Source: an uncultured virus (IMG/VR IMGVR_UViG_3300040751_001717) (Duplodnaviria > Heunggongvirae > Uroviricota > Caudoviricetes). From it: a DNA stretch of 64,000 bases. Below are positions 37,533 to 46,900 of the stretch, piece by piece (within the stretch, counting starts at the first letter, position 1; each line of letters begins with the position of its first letter). The stretch lies in the IMG/VR virus record IMGVR_UViG_3300040751_001717, one strand, 5' to 3'. A program made the translations under genes and the position numbers. A model generated the notes under the pieces. It saw nothing but the letters and a program-made list of their open reading frames with translations. It was not told where the DNA came from and made no database searches.

Positions 37533-38756
37533 ATGCCAACATCAGTAGGACCGAAGATATACGGTAAAGAGAATTTAGTTTTTGGTTATGATTTAGGAGA
37601 TACAGATAATTCTTTTAAAGGAAAGCCAGCTACTAATCATTTGACAAGGATCACTCAGCAGTATAGTGATTATGATGAAACATATTTTAAGATAACTAAT
37701 GGTAGTCACGTAGTAGATGTACCTCAATTAGGAAGACGCACTGTAAAGTATGTAGATGTTTGGAATGATTACAATAGCGGATCAGGACAGTGTTGCTTAA
37801 GCTTATTTACTTTTGGAACAGGCATAACTAGTGTTTCAGGAAACACAACTTACACATATCAAATTATATACAAAACGGATACAGGGTATAGTAATACTAA
37901 CTACATGTACAGATATGAATATGGAGCTGCAGGGTATATAAGAGAAGGTGGTCTTCATAGTACAGGTAGAAGAACACATCTAGGTGATGGTTGGTATCAT
38001 GCCTGGGGTACTGTAACCTTACATCCAGACACAACATATATAAATACATACCTATTTCATTATGAGTATGCAACTCAGAATAGAGTGCAGGTTGCTGCTG
38101 TAATGTTTACAGAAGGGACAGAGATAATTCCACCAAGTCAGTTTTTAGAAGTTGAAGAAACAAGATCAAATGTACAGGGTCTATTAGATATTACAGGTAA
38201 TTCAACACTTGATATATCAAACGTATCATTTGATAGTAATGCACAAATGGAATTTGATGGTACAGATGATAGAATAAGCATTCCAGCAGGAGCAATTCCT
38301 ACTATAGGTACTTCTGATTTTACCATGGAGTTTGTATGTAAAAACACAAAAACTAGTAGCTATAATCACTTCTTTTCAGTTAAAGATCAATATCACTTTT
38401 CTTTTAAGGCATCAAATAGCTCTGGTATATTATATGCATATAGGACTAGTGAGCTATCTACAACAAATACTATTGAAGCTTATATTCCATCTAGGACCAG
38501 TTACTATCATATCGTGTTAAAACGCAGTGGTGATAGTCTTGAAATCTTTATAAATGGAGTTAGTCAAGGCACTAAATCAGGATGGGATAATGCAGCTATT
38601 GAAAATAATTTGTATACATCCTACATTGGATGGGGAAATGCTAGTGAGTATACTGGGGGAGAAATCCCAATTGCAAAAATTTATAATAGGGCTTTATTAG
38701 CTTCAGAGGTTCAATCAAACTTTAATGCTATCAAAGGCAGATTTAATATTCAGTAA
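37533..38756 (+). CDS. LamG-domain protein with an inserted CBM-like domain
   Basis: FDGTDD, YYHIVL, IFING and IYNRAL motifs; LGDGWYHAW CBM-like segment. Confidence 0.8.
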   Translation: MPTSVGPKIYGKENLVFGYDLGDTDNSFKGKPATNHLTRITQQYSDYDETYFKITNGSHVVDVPQLGRRTVKYVDVWNDYNSGSGQCCLSLFTFGTGITSVSGNTTYTYQIIYKTDTGYSNTNYMYRYEYGAAGYIREGGLHSTGRRTHLGDGWYHAWGTVTLHPDTTYINTYLFHYEYATQNRVQVAAVMFTEGTEIIPPSQFLEVEETRSNVQGLLDITGNSTLDISNVSFDSNAQMEFDGTDDRISIPAGAIPTIGTSDFTMEFVCKNTKTSSYNHFFSVKDQYHFSFKASNSSGILYAYRTSELSTTNTIEAYIPSRTSYYHIVLKRSGDSLEIFINGVSQGTKSGWDNAAIENNLYTSYIGWGNASEYTGGEIPIAKIYNRALLASEVQSNFNAIKGRFNIQ

Positions 38757-38759
38757 GTT

Positions 38760-39878
38760 ATGGCAGTACAACACGGATACGGAAAAATAGCAGGAGCAGA
38801 TGCATTAGTATTTGCTTATGATGCTGGAGATACGGTAAACAGTTACAAAGGAGAACCTACAACTAATCTTGCTACTTTAGATTTAAATAATACATCAGTA
38901 TGGTATAATGAAGATCCAGCTACAACTACTAGGGAACTTCAACCAGAAACATTATTTGGGTATCCTGTGTATAAGATTGCTTCAAGACCAGGAAGTATTT
39001 GGATTACTCCTGTTGCGTTTAACGGGTATAATAAAGCAAATGGTCCTATAACAGCATCTGTCTATATACGTAATTTGGGAGCTCCTGCTACAGTTTCTAC
39101 CTATCTTTCAGGAGATTACAGTACAGACTCTTTAGGAAACTCAAATTACAAGACAATTCCTACAGATGGGGTATGGAGAAGGTATAGCTGGACAAGAACA
39201 GCAGATGATATGAATACGGCAAATCAGCTAGAGTTCAGAACTTCAGGAAATAATATACAGATATCTTGTCCTCAAGTAGAATACAAGTTACACCCAACAC
39301 CGATCGTTGAAGGAACGAGAGAAATTGAAGAAGGACTAAAAGATTTGACAGGAAATACTTCTGTAGATTTAACAAATGTATCATTTGATTCAAACGCTCA
39401 AGTAGTTTTTGACGGAACAGACGATTATATCAATACTGATTATTCTCAAGGGAATATTACAAATCCTACAATAGAAGCAGTAGTTTACAGAAGTACAGAT
39501 CCCGGTAGATATGAAGCAATTGTTCAAAACAATACAGCAAGTGATGATGCTTTATATGTATATCCTAATCAACTTTTGGGTTTCTGGCCTTGTGTTCAAT
39601 CAAATTTATTAGTGCCTGCTGGTCAGTGGTCGCATGTTGCAGTTTCTTATGATGGTACTAATTTAACTTATATTGTTAATGGAGTAACACAAGTTATTAC
39701 TACTACTTGTTCTCATATACAAGACTGGGATTTTTTAAGGATAGGTGCTTATAGTACTGGAGATGGTGAAAGATGGATAGGTGAAATACCTGTTGTAAAA
39801 GTTTATAATCGTGCACTATCAATTGAAGAATTAAAACAAAACTTTAATCATTACAAGACAAGATTTAATATATTATAA
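38760..39878 (+). CDS. LamG-domain protein with an inserted CBM-like domain
   Basis: FDGTDD, WSHVAVSYDG and VYNRALS motifs; paralog of the previous gene. Confidence 0.8.
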   Translation: MAVQHGYGKIAGADALVFAYDAGDTVNSYKGEPTTNLATLDLNNTSVWYNEDPATTTRELQPETLFGYPVYKIASRPGSIWITPVAFNGYNKANGPITASVYIRNLGAPATVSTYLSGDYSTDSLGNSNYKTIPTDGVWRRYSWTRTADDMNTANQLEFRTSGNNIQISCPQVEYKLHPTPIVEGTREIEEGLKDLTGNTSVDLTNVSFDSNAQVVFDGTDDYINTDYSQGNITNPTIEAVVYRSTDPGRYEAIVQNNTASDDALYVYPNQLLGFWPCVQSNLLVPAGQWSHVAVSYDGTNLTYIVNGVTQVITTTCSHIQDWDFLRIGAYSTGDGERWIGEIPVVKVYNRALSIEELKQNFNHYKTRFNIL

Positions 39879-39880
39879 TC

Positions 39881-40216
39881 ATGACAGCATTTCCAAACAG
39901 ACGTTGGTTAGTAATACCAGTAACAGAAGTAGAAAACATAGATTTTAACGAGGTACTAGAAACCAGTGCTGATAGCTTGCGTTACTCCGTAGACGGTACT
40001 AAGACTTTTGTTAAGTATGAAATTCGTGTAGTAGAAGAAGATATTACAGAAACTTTTACAAAAGCAGAAACCGGTGAGGAAGTAACGTACACAACATACG
40101 CGGGCACATATGGTAGACCAAGTCTTTACCAAGAAGGTATGACAGAATACAATCATTCTGAAATTTTAGCATTACTAGCTACAGAGGAGTGGACTACGTC
40201 TGTTGATGGTAAATAA
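39881..40216 (+). CDS. hypothetical protein associated with the LamG genes
   Basis: 111 aa; ETSADSLRYSVDGTKTFVKY and YNHSEILALL motifs. Confidence 0.8.
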   Translation: MTAFPNRRWLVIPVTEVENIDFNEVLETSADSLRYSVDGTKTFVKYEIRVVEEDITETFTKAETGEEVTYTTYAGTYGRPSLYQEGMTEYNHSEILALLATEEWTTSVDGK

Positions 40217-40223
40217 AATATTT

Positions 40224-40234
40224 TTTGTATATTA
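40224..40234 (+). promoter_or_regulatory. late-promoter motif
   Basis: TTTGTATATTA, 26 nt before the ATG. Confidence 0.55.
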
Positions 40235-40259
40235 GTACTATAAATCAATGTATTAACAT

Positions 40260-40565
40260 ATGTTAAGTAAAGTATTTGGATATATTAAATCCGCATGGAA
40301 CTGGCTACTAAGCAAAACTACTATAGATGAAAAAGTTATTGAAGTAGCTGAAGATGTAAAAGAAACAGTTCAAGAAACTGTTCAAGAAACTAGAAGACGT
40401 ACCAAACGTGTTAAAGAAGAAGCAGCAGATGTAGTAGCTGCAGTTAAAGAGGTTGGCAGACAAGCTAAAGATGTAGCGGATGCAGCTAAGGGTAATAAGC
40501 GTAAGGGACGTAAACCCGCTCCTAAAAAACGTACACCTCGTAAGAGCAATGATAGCTCAAAATAA
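40260..40565 (+). CDS. small protein with amphipathic N-terminus and very basic C-terminus
   Basis: 101 aa; MLSKVFGYIKSAWNWLL...KRKGRKPAPKKRTPRK. Confidence 0.8.
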   Translation: MLSKVFGYIKSAWNWLLSKTTIDEKVIEVAEDVKETVQETVQETRRRTKRVKEEAADVVAAVKEVGRQAKDVADAAKGNKRKGRKPAPKKRTPRKSNDSSK

Positions 40566-40603
40566 TTATATTTGTTTTAGTTACGTAATCAATCATTTTT
40601 AAA

Positions 40604-40882
40604 ATGGCAGACAAAATCAAAACTGAAGAACTTGAAAAAGTTCAAGGCGTTGTTAAAGAACTACGCGAAGCAGAAGGAAACTTCTACAAACTCTCATTGC
40701 AACTTGAAGAAATGAAGCAAGCTCGCGCTCAGGTCTTCACAATGATTCAGAAAGGCAACCAAGAGTTGCAATCTGAAATGAACTCGCTAAAAGAGACTTA
40801 TGGGGATATCGTCATTAATCTCGAAACTGGCGAATATGAAGAGGCTCCTGTTGAGGAAGCTACTGAAGTAACCGAAGCTTAA
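40604..40882 (+). CDS. coiled-coil protein, chaperone-like
   Basis: 92 aa, heptad pattern, LKETYGDIVINLETGEY. Confidence 0.8.
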   Translation: MADKIKTEELEKVQGVVKELREAEGNFYKLSLQLEEMKQARAQVFTMIQKGNQELQSEMNSLKETYGDIVINLETGEYEEAPVEEATEVTEA

Positions 40883-40903
40883 AAAATTCATCCTGTTTTT
40901 TTC

Positions 40904-40935
40904 AGACCACTCTTTGTAAAGGGTGGTCTTTTTTT
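40904..40935 (+). terminator. intrinsic terminator
   Basis: AGACCACTCTT...AAGGGTGGTCT followed by a T-run. Confidence 0.85.
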
Positions 40936-40949
40936 GTATATTATAGTGT
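40933..40949 (+). promoter_or_regulatory. late-promoter motif overlapping the terminator T-tract
   Basis: TTTGTATATTATAGTGT, identical to 42742-42758. Confidence 0.6.
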
Positions 40950-40980
40950 ATACAGTACATTCAAATAACTATAATATATT

Positions 40981-41541
40981 ATGGCAACAATTAATCTTTC
41001 GTGGACTCCAGATAATGGACCCACGTCCGTATCTCAGACCGTTCAGAGAAAGCTTGCAAGCTCCTCTACCTGGGTAGATCTAGCAACAGGGTTAGCTACT
41101 ACGGCTAATAGCTACTCTGATAATACAGCGGTAGAAAACAGTTTGTATGATTACCGCGTTCTTAATGTGTGTTCTGCAGGTGGTCCTACTGCAAGTGGAA
41201 CAGTTCAGGCAGATAAGCTTGTTTGTCCTGCTATTACTACTTCTATTACTTCAGGTGAAGAAGATGTAATTAGCTGGTCAGTAGCGGCAACTACCAATGA
41301 TGCAACTATTGCTACAATTCTTATTATTGATGGCGGTGGCACTACAGTAGAAACAAATACAGTTAATGCAGCAACTGCTCAGTCAGGAACATACGATACT
41401 GGTCAAGACTATGGTGCGACTTATACCGTTAGAGTAAATATTACTGATGGTGTTTTCACAAAAGTTTGTGATCAAACAGTAACTATCGGAACAGCTCCTG
41501 AGTGTGGTGCTCCAACAGGATTGAGTGCAACACCTCAATAA
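40981..41541 (+). CDS. fibronectin type III-like virion protein
   Basis: INLSWTP...YSDNT...YDYRV FN3 pattern, two domains. Confidence 0.8.
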   Translation: MATINLSWTPDNGPTSVSQTVQRKLASSSTWVDLATGLATTANSYSDNTAVENSLYDYRVLNVCSAGGPTASGTVQADKLVCPAITTSITSGEEDVISWSVAATTNDATIATILIIDGGGTTVETNTVNAATAQSGTYDTGQDYGATYTVRVNITDGVFTKVCDQTVTIGTAPECGAPTGLSATPQ

Positions 41542-41555
41542 TAAATAAATAACCT

Positions 41556-42710
41556 ATGGCATCAGTAGTTCTAAACTGGACTCCTGCCGGCGGATTAGTA
41601 ACATCGCAAAAAGTGTATAGAGGTCCCGATCCGGGGTCTCTATCACTTATTGCAACTCTATCTGCTAGCGCTAATTCATATACAGATACGGGTCTTACTG
41701 GAGACGCTGAGTATTTTTATATGGTGCAGTCCATCTGTTCTGTTGGTGGACCAGAGGATAGTACTGTTGTTAGTGTTACAACTCAACAAGCAGTTGCTGT
41801 TAATCTACTTGTAATTCCTAACGCTCCTCCTCAAGCTAATAGTGATAATATTCTACAGTCTCAAGGAACTGTTGATTCTATTATACAAGGAGGTATTAAT
41901 CCTATCTCTAGTTCTTGGAGTGTGATGGGGTGGTTTAGGATGGATCACAAGGTTACAGAGTTGCAACAAACTAATACTGAAGATATTGCTGATACAGTTC
42001 TTTTTGCAATAGAAGAAGATTATGACAGTATTGCACAAAATCCAGGTAATTATGATGTTGGTCATTTAGTAATATATAGAGAGGCGAGCAGCTCTGGTGA
42101 TTATCTTACTGTAGAGTTACAAGACAATAATGCTAATAAAATTAGATATCAGTATTTATTATCTAGCGGCTCTAATAACAATATTACTGGTATAACTGGA
42201 CCTTTCCCAAATGTTTATTGGGATGATACTGTAACCGGTAATAATGGTCTAATCCATATCGCGGTTACATATAACCCCTCAGCATCTCTGGTGAATAGAG
42301 TTACAGTATATTGGAACTCACAAGCACTGACCATATCTTCCGTACCTTATAACTCACCACCTTCAGATTCAGGTTGGAGTTCTAATAGTAAAAGAATAAC
42401 ATTAGGTTGGGCAGCTGAAGTAAGCATTGGTTATTCAGGACACAGCTTAAAAACATCTGTTGATGAATTAGGATTCTATAATAGCGTTCTTAATTCAACT
42501 TCTGTATTTACCGGTTATAATAATAATACTATAGAAATACAGTCTAACCTTCCTAGTTTAGCTCCGACACTAGAGTGGAGTTTTGAACAAGACGGGGCTG
42601 AAAATAGTGGTAAGAGTGCAGCAGACATTCTTTTTAACAATCCTCCAGGAGTACAACCTTATGGGGAGGGACCTTATGTCTTCCCAGCTAACCAGCCTAT
42701 ACCTCAGTAA
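41556..42710 (+). CDS. FN3 plus LamG-like domain protein
   Basis: N-terminal FN3 paralogous to the previous gene; WSVMGWF, HIAVTY and DELGFY LamG motifs. Confidence 0.8.
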   Translation: MASVVLNWTPAGGLVTSQKVYRGPDPGSLSLIATLSASANSYTDTGLTGDAEYFYMVQSICSVGGPEDSTVVSVTTQQAVAVNLLVIPNAPPQANSDNILQSQGTVDSIIQGGINPISSSWSVMGWFRMDHKVTELQQTNTEDIADTVLFAIEEDYDSIAQNPGNYDVGHLVIYREASSSGDYLTVELQDNNANKIRYQYLLSSGSNNNITGITGPFPNVYWDDTVTGNNGLIHIAVTYNPSASLVNRVTVYWNSQALTISSVPYNSPPSDSGWSSNSKRITLGWAAEVSIGYSGHSLKTSVDELGFYNSVLNSTSVFTGYNNNTIEIQSNLPSLAPTLEWSFEQDGAENSGKSAADILFNNPPGVQPYGEGPYVFPANQPIPQ

Positions 42711-42741
42711 AACATTATTTTTTATGTTTTTCTAGGTATAA

Positions 42742-42758
42742 TTTGTATATTATAGTGT
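42742..42758 (+). promoter_or_regulatory. late-promoter motif
   Basis: TTTGTATATTATAGTGT. Confidence 0.6.
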
Positions 42759-42805
42759 GGGTGTTCTGCTCCCAGCAGATATTCTTATAAAAAATTATAA
42801 TTAGG

Positions 42806-44302
42806 ATGATTCCAGTAGCAACAAGCAATGATAATAACGGATGTGTACCAACATCTTCGAATTGCATTATCTGGCAAGGACCGGACATCCCTTGCATTAA
42901 TATCTGTCATGGAGATAATGTATCTGAGGTAGTCTATAAACTTGCAACAGAACTATGTGATGTTCTCGACAAAACTAATCTACAAACTTTAGATCTAAGC
43001 TGTTTACAGCTTGCACCAGATGACACACCTACAAACTTGTCTGAATTTAATCAGATGATTGTAGATCAGCTTTGTTCACTTGGTGGTCGCTGTGATGCGT
43101 TAGAAGGCGGATCAGGCGGTGGAGGAACAACTGAGGATACTATTATTCAATTTGCTTCTTGTTTTTCTCCAGCAACTGAAGGTACTGTAGAAGAGTATGC
43201 AGTATTAATTGGTACAAAAGTTTGTGACCTTGTTTCAGAAATTCTCACAATTAACTCAACTCTTGTACAACATAATACAAGAATTACTGCGTTAGAAAAC
43301 GCAGATAACAGTTTTACACTACCTCAAGTAACTCCTACCTGTGTTCTTACACCTACACCTCAAGACATGGATGTAGTGTTAGAAGCATTGGAAGAGGAGT
43401 TTTGTGAATTAAAAGAAGCTACTGGTACTGCTTCTCAGCTTATTGCAGCTACAGGAGATCAATGTCCTAATTTAAGTGCAGCTGATAGACTATCAGGATC
43501 AGGTACAATGGCAAGTATTCCCGGTTGGAATACTCAGGTGGTTAACCTTTCTCATTCAATTTCTAACCTTTGGTTAGTTATTTGTGATATGAGAACTGCT
43601 CTAGAAAACGTGATGGACTGTTGCGCTACAGATTGTACAGATATCATTCTTGTTATGTCATCTAGTTTGAATCCAGATGGTACAACACTTACAATTGATT
43701 TTACAGGAAGCGTTATTCCTTCAGACTTTATTTCATGTAATCCTTTAGGATCCCTAATTACGGTTACCGATTCTTCAGGAAATACATACACAGAAAGAGC
43801 CGTTATATCAAATCTTGTAGATTTTAATACAGCTCTTACAGTTAATCTAAACACGACTTCTCTTACACCTGGAAGCAATTTAACTATTGCACTAGATCAT
43901 TGTGTAGGTAATGGTCAGATTACATGTGAAAAACGCATTACAGATACTGTTATTAACGGTACAAGCTGTCCTTCATTAGAGAATACAATAGGTATTACTA
44001 ATATTGACTACGCATTCTTACACACTCAAGGATCTGGTGTAAGCTACATCATTGATCTTCTTGACATGAATGATAATGTGATTGCAACTAAAACACATAA
44101 TAACCAACCTAACGGAACATTAAGTGGTTCATTCACAAGCTTAACTTCTGCCACGAACTATAAACTTAGAGCATCTGTAGTAGTGAGCGGACAAGCAAAT
44201 ACGGTTTGTCCTGCTATGCAGGTAACTACACTGAGTGATGGTAATGGAGATTCTTGTGCACTACCAACTGATGTTACTGTTACAATTGATCCAGGAACGT
44301 AA
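42806..44302 (+). CDS. Cys-rich virion fibre-like protein with C-terminal FN3
   Basis: 498 aa, 23 Cys by my count; coiled-coil segment HNTRITALEN; FTSLTSATNYKLR FN3 strand. Confidence 0.75.
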   Translation: MIPVATSNDNNGCVPTSSNCIIWQGPDIPCINICHGDNVSEVVYKLATELCDVLDKTNLQTLDLSCLQLAPDDTPTNLSEFNQMIVDQLCSLGGRCDALEGGSGGGGTTEDTIIQFASCFSPATEGTVEEYAVLIGTKVCDLVSEILTINSTLVQHNTRITALENADNSFTLPQVTPTCVLTPTPQDMDVVLEALEEEFCELKEATGTASQLIAATGDQCPNLSAADRLSGSGTMASIPGWNTQVVNLSHSISNLWLVICDMRTALENVMDCCATDCTDIILVMSSSLNPDGTTLTIDFTGSVIPSDFISCNPLGSLITVTDSSGNTYTERAVISNLVDFNTALTVNLNTTSLTPGSNLTIALDHCVGNGQITCEKRITDTVINGTSCPSLENTIGITNIDYAFLHTQGSGVSYIIDLLDMNDNVIATKTHNNQPNGTLSGSFTSLTSATNYKLRASVVVSGQANTVCPAMQVTTLSDGNGDSCALPTDVTVTIDPGT

Positions 44303-44952
44303 TGGCAAATTTAGTTTTAACATTTACAACTAGCGGGGCAAGTAGCTATAAGATAACCTATCAAAAGGATGGTGGTACTACCTATACGGAGTATACCTCA
44401 ACATCCCCATGGACTCTTAATAATATTACTTGTGGTACTTACAGTGGTACTATAACTGCTATTTGTGATGAGGGCGAGAATTGTACTGAATATGCTATTA
44501 ACAATCCAAGTATGGATAGTGATGGTGATGTAGAGTACACTGATTGCGCAACAGGAAACCTTACAACTCAGGCAGTTACATACGGTGCAAATTTTATAGT
44601 TTGCTCTAGGACAGTACCTCAAATATTTAATGGAGCTAGTGCAGCTACTGTAAGTGTACGAGGTAATTGTGGTGATCCCTATGATGTGGAGCAAAGCACT
44701 AGTATTGCTTGGACTCAAGATTACACAGATTGTTACTACTACTTTAAAGTTACACCTTGTGTAGCTGAAGCACCTGTACCTATTAATAACGATGTATACA
44801 CTACAGACTCTACGTTGCAAATAGGTGACGTTGTAACTCTTACAGGATCTGCTTATGCTGGATACTGCTATACACTTAGTGATCTTAGTTCTGCTACATC
44901 GGGTGTAGTCATAGCAATGCAACAAACAGATTGTAATTCCTGTCTAACTTAA
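44302..44952 (+). CDS. Cys-rich beta-domain virion protein
   Basis: 216 aa, 11 Cys; coupled to the previous gene. Confidence 0.75.
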   Translation: MANLVLTFTTSGASSYKITYQKDGGTTYTEYTSTSPWTLNNITCGTYSGTITAICDEGENCTEYAINNPSMDSDGDVEYTDCATGNLTTQAVTYGANFIVCSRTVPQIFNGASAATVSVRGNCGDPYDVEQSTSIAWTQDYTDCYYYFKVTPCVAEAPVPINNDVYTTDSTLQIGDVVTLTGSAYAGYCYTLSDLSSATSGVVIAMQQTDCNSCLT

Positions 44953-44967
44953 TAAATAATATATAAC

Positions 44968-45483
44968 ATGGCTTGTGCAAATTGTGGATGTAACGATCAT
45001 GCTCTAACAACTGGAGTAACTTATCAGCTAGGAACAGATGCTTGCCCTGCGGGAGAAGCTTGTGATCAGATTCTTGCTTCAGAGTGTGTGGTTTACTCTG
45101 GAGACAAGCTAGTAGACTTTCCTCTAGAAGATGGGGAGAGAGTCGAAATTACTCTTAAAAAACTTATTATGTACCACTTAGATTCTGCAGCATTGTTTGG
45201 ATCTAATGGTATTCATGCACCTTATAATGTAGAATCTTTTAAGATTACAGATACCACTATTGATATTGAGTGGGATGCTGTAGCTAACGTAAGTGATTAT
45301 ACAGTTTCTATTGCTCCTGCAACAACAGGAGTTTATGTAGATGAAACTGTTGCTAACAACGTGACTAAGCATTCATTTATCAACTTAGCTCCTGAAACAG
45401 CTTACTACATTAAAGTAATAGCTAACGGTATTGGTGTTAATTACAGCTCACTTGTAATTAGCGTTACCACAGCTAAATCATAA
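44968..45483 (+). CDS. Cys-rich protein with C-terminal FN3
   Basis: MACANCGC N-terminus; IDIEWD...NLAPETAYYIKV FN3. Confidence 0.8.
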   Translation: MACANCGCNDHALTTGVTYQLGTDACPAGEACDQILASECVVYSGDKLVDFPLEDGERVEITLKKLIMYHLDSAALFGSNGIHAPYNVESFKITDTTIDIEWDAVANVSDYTVSIAPATTGVYVDETVANNVTKHSFINLAPETAYYIKVIANGIGVNYSSLVISVTTAKS

Positions 45484-45484
45484 A

Positions 45485-45547
45485 AGTCACGGTTTGTTGG
45501 TTTTACGTGACTAACAAGGAGAACCCTCACTTCGGTGGGGGTTTTCT
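45485..45547 (+). ncRNA. candidate 3'-UTR small RNA: seed hairpin plus terminator
   Basis: perfect 7-bp stem AGTCACG/CGTGACT with loop GTTTGTTGGTTTTA complementary to start-codon-proximal AAACCAAC(A) sites. Confidence 0.55.
45519..45547 (+). terminator. intrinsic terminator with C(UUCG)G tetraloop
   Basis: GAGAACCCTCAC-TTCG-GTGGGGGTTTTC. Confidence 0.8.
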
Positions 45548-45593
45548 GCTTTAAAAAAATTACTATATTAGAAGAACTAAAATATAACCGCGT

Positions 45594-46847
45594 ATGTCTC
45601 AAAAGGTTAGAGAAGTATTAAGATTACTTTCTCAAAAAAAATCAAATACACTACTTGCTGAAAAAGCAGGTTTGAATCTAGATGAATTCTTAGATATTAA
45701 AAATCAGGTTTTAGTTTTAAGAAGATTGTTTGGTGACGATGACGAAATGATTGTGAGTGCTTACCATAATCTTTCTAAGCTTGAAGATACAGATAATAGC
45801 GCTTTAGAATCAAGTATAGATATAGAAAAAGGAACAGCTACTTTTAAAGCTACGGTAAGTGAAGAACCTAAATCACCTGAAGATATTATTCGACTTCTTA
45901 ATATTGATACAGATGAGTGGAAATTATCTCAATATTGGAATAAACAGCGATCGGATGGTTGGTTTATTTCAGCACTAGTTAGTAAAAAGAAACATGAAGA
46001 ATCAGACTACCTGGAGCACCTTATTAAAAATTGGTCTCCAAAACCCACAAGGATTACTCAGCTTGCTTCCGCTTTTGATGAGACTTTGGAAAATACAGCT
46101 GCGGTTATATCTCTTCAAGATATACATTTTGGTAAAGAAGGGAACCACTCTATAGCGGATGATTTCATTTCAACAGTAGTAGACCTTGTCTCAAGAGCTA
46201 AACGAATAGCTAACTTAGATAAGGTCTTTTACGTTGTAGGAGGTGACCTGCTCAATATGGACACCTTTGCAGGAACTACTACAAGCGGTACTCCTGTAAG
46301 TAATTCGCAATCTGCTATGGATACCTATGTGGAAGCATTTGACGCGTTACACTGGTCTATAGGGTACATTAAATCGCACTGCAGACATTTAGATGTGGTG
46401 TACATTCCGGGTAATCATGATAGGTTGTCATCATTTCATCTAGCACATGCTCTATCTAAGTCTTATGAAGACATGAACATTACTTGGCACGTAGACTATA
46501 CTGAAAGAAGAGTACTTAAATATGGGGATAACTTCTTTGCATTTGAGCATGGAGATACGAATACTAAAAACTCTCTTCTTATTTATGCTACTGAGAATCC
46601 TTCTGAGTGGGGATCAACTAAGTACAGAACTCTATATACTGGGCACCTCCACACAAAAAAGAAGATAGAGTATATTACAGAAGATGAGAAGACAGGTTTC
46701 TCTATTAAAATCCTTCCATCTTTATCTAGATCTGACTACTGGCACTATCACAATAAGTTTACTGGAAACAAGCGAGCAGGCGTTTTAGATTTGCACCATC
46801 CGGAAAAAGGATTACTTTGTGAGCTTATATCCGTATTAGATAAGTAA
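45594..46847 (+). CDS. calcineurin-like metallophosphoesterase
   Basis: all five motifs present: DIH, GDL, GNHD, HGD, GHLH. Confidence 0.9.
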   Translation: MSQKVREVLRLLSQKKSNTLLAEKAGLNLDEFLDIKNQVLVLRRLFGDDDEMIVSAYHNLSKLEDTDNSALESSIDIEKGTATFKATVSEEPKSPEDIIRLLNIDTDEWKLSQYWNKQRSDGWFISALVSKKKHEESDYLEHLIKNWSPKPTRITQLASAFDETLENTAAVISLQDIHFGKEGNHSIADDFISTVVDLVSRAKRIANLDKVFYVVGGDLLNMDTFAGTTTSGTPVSNSQSAMDTYVEAFDALHWSIGYIKSHCRHLDVVYIPGNHDRLSSFHLAHALSKSYEDMNITWHVDYTERRVLKYGDNFFAFEHGDTNTKNSLLIYATENPSEWGSTKYRTLYTGHLHTKKKIEYITEDEKTGFSIKILPSLSRSDYWHYHNKFTGNKRAGVLDLHHPEKGLLCELISVLDK

Positions 46848-46870
46848 TTCTCTTTCATACCTAGTCGTTT

Positions 46871-46882
46871 TTTCGTAAATTA
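46871..46882 (+). promoter_or_regulatory. late-promoter motif
   Basis: TTTCGTAAATTA, 19 nt before the ATG. Confidence 0.55.
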
Positions 46883-46900
46883 TAATGTACTCCAGTATAA

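Noticed and set aside
22943..39878. Diversity-generating retroelement or invertible shufflon in the fibre genes
   Set aside because: Repeats differ at synonymous positions rather than only at adenines; no reverse transcriptase, recombinase or inverted cassettes seen in the window
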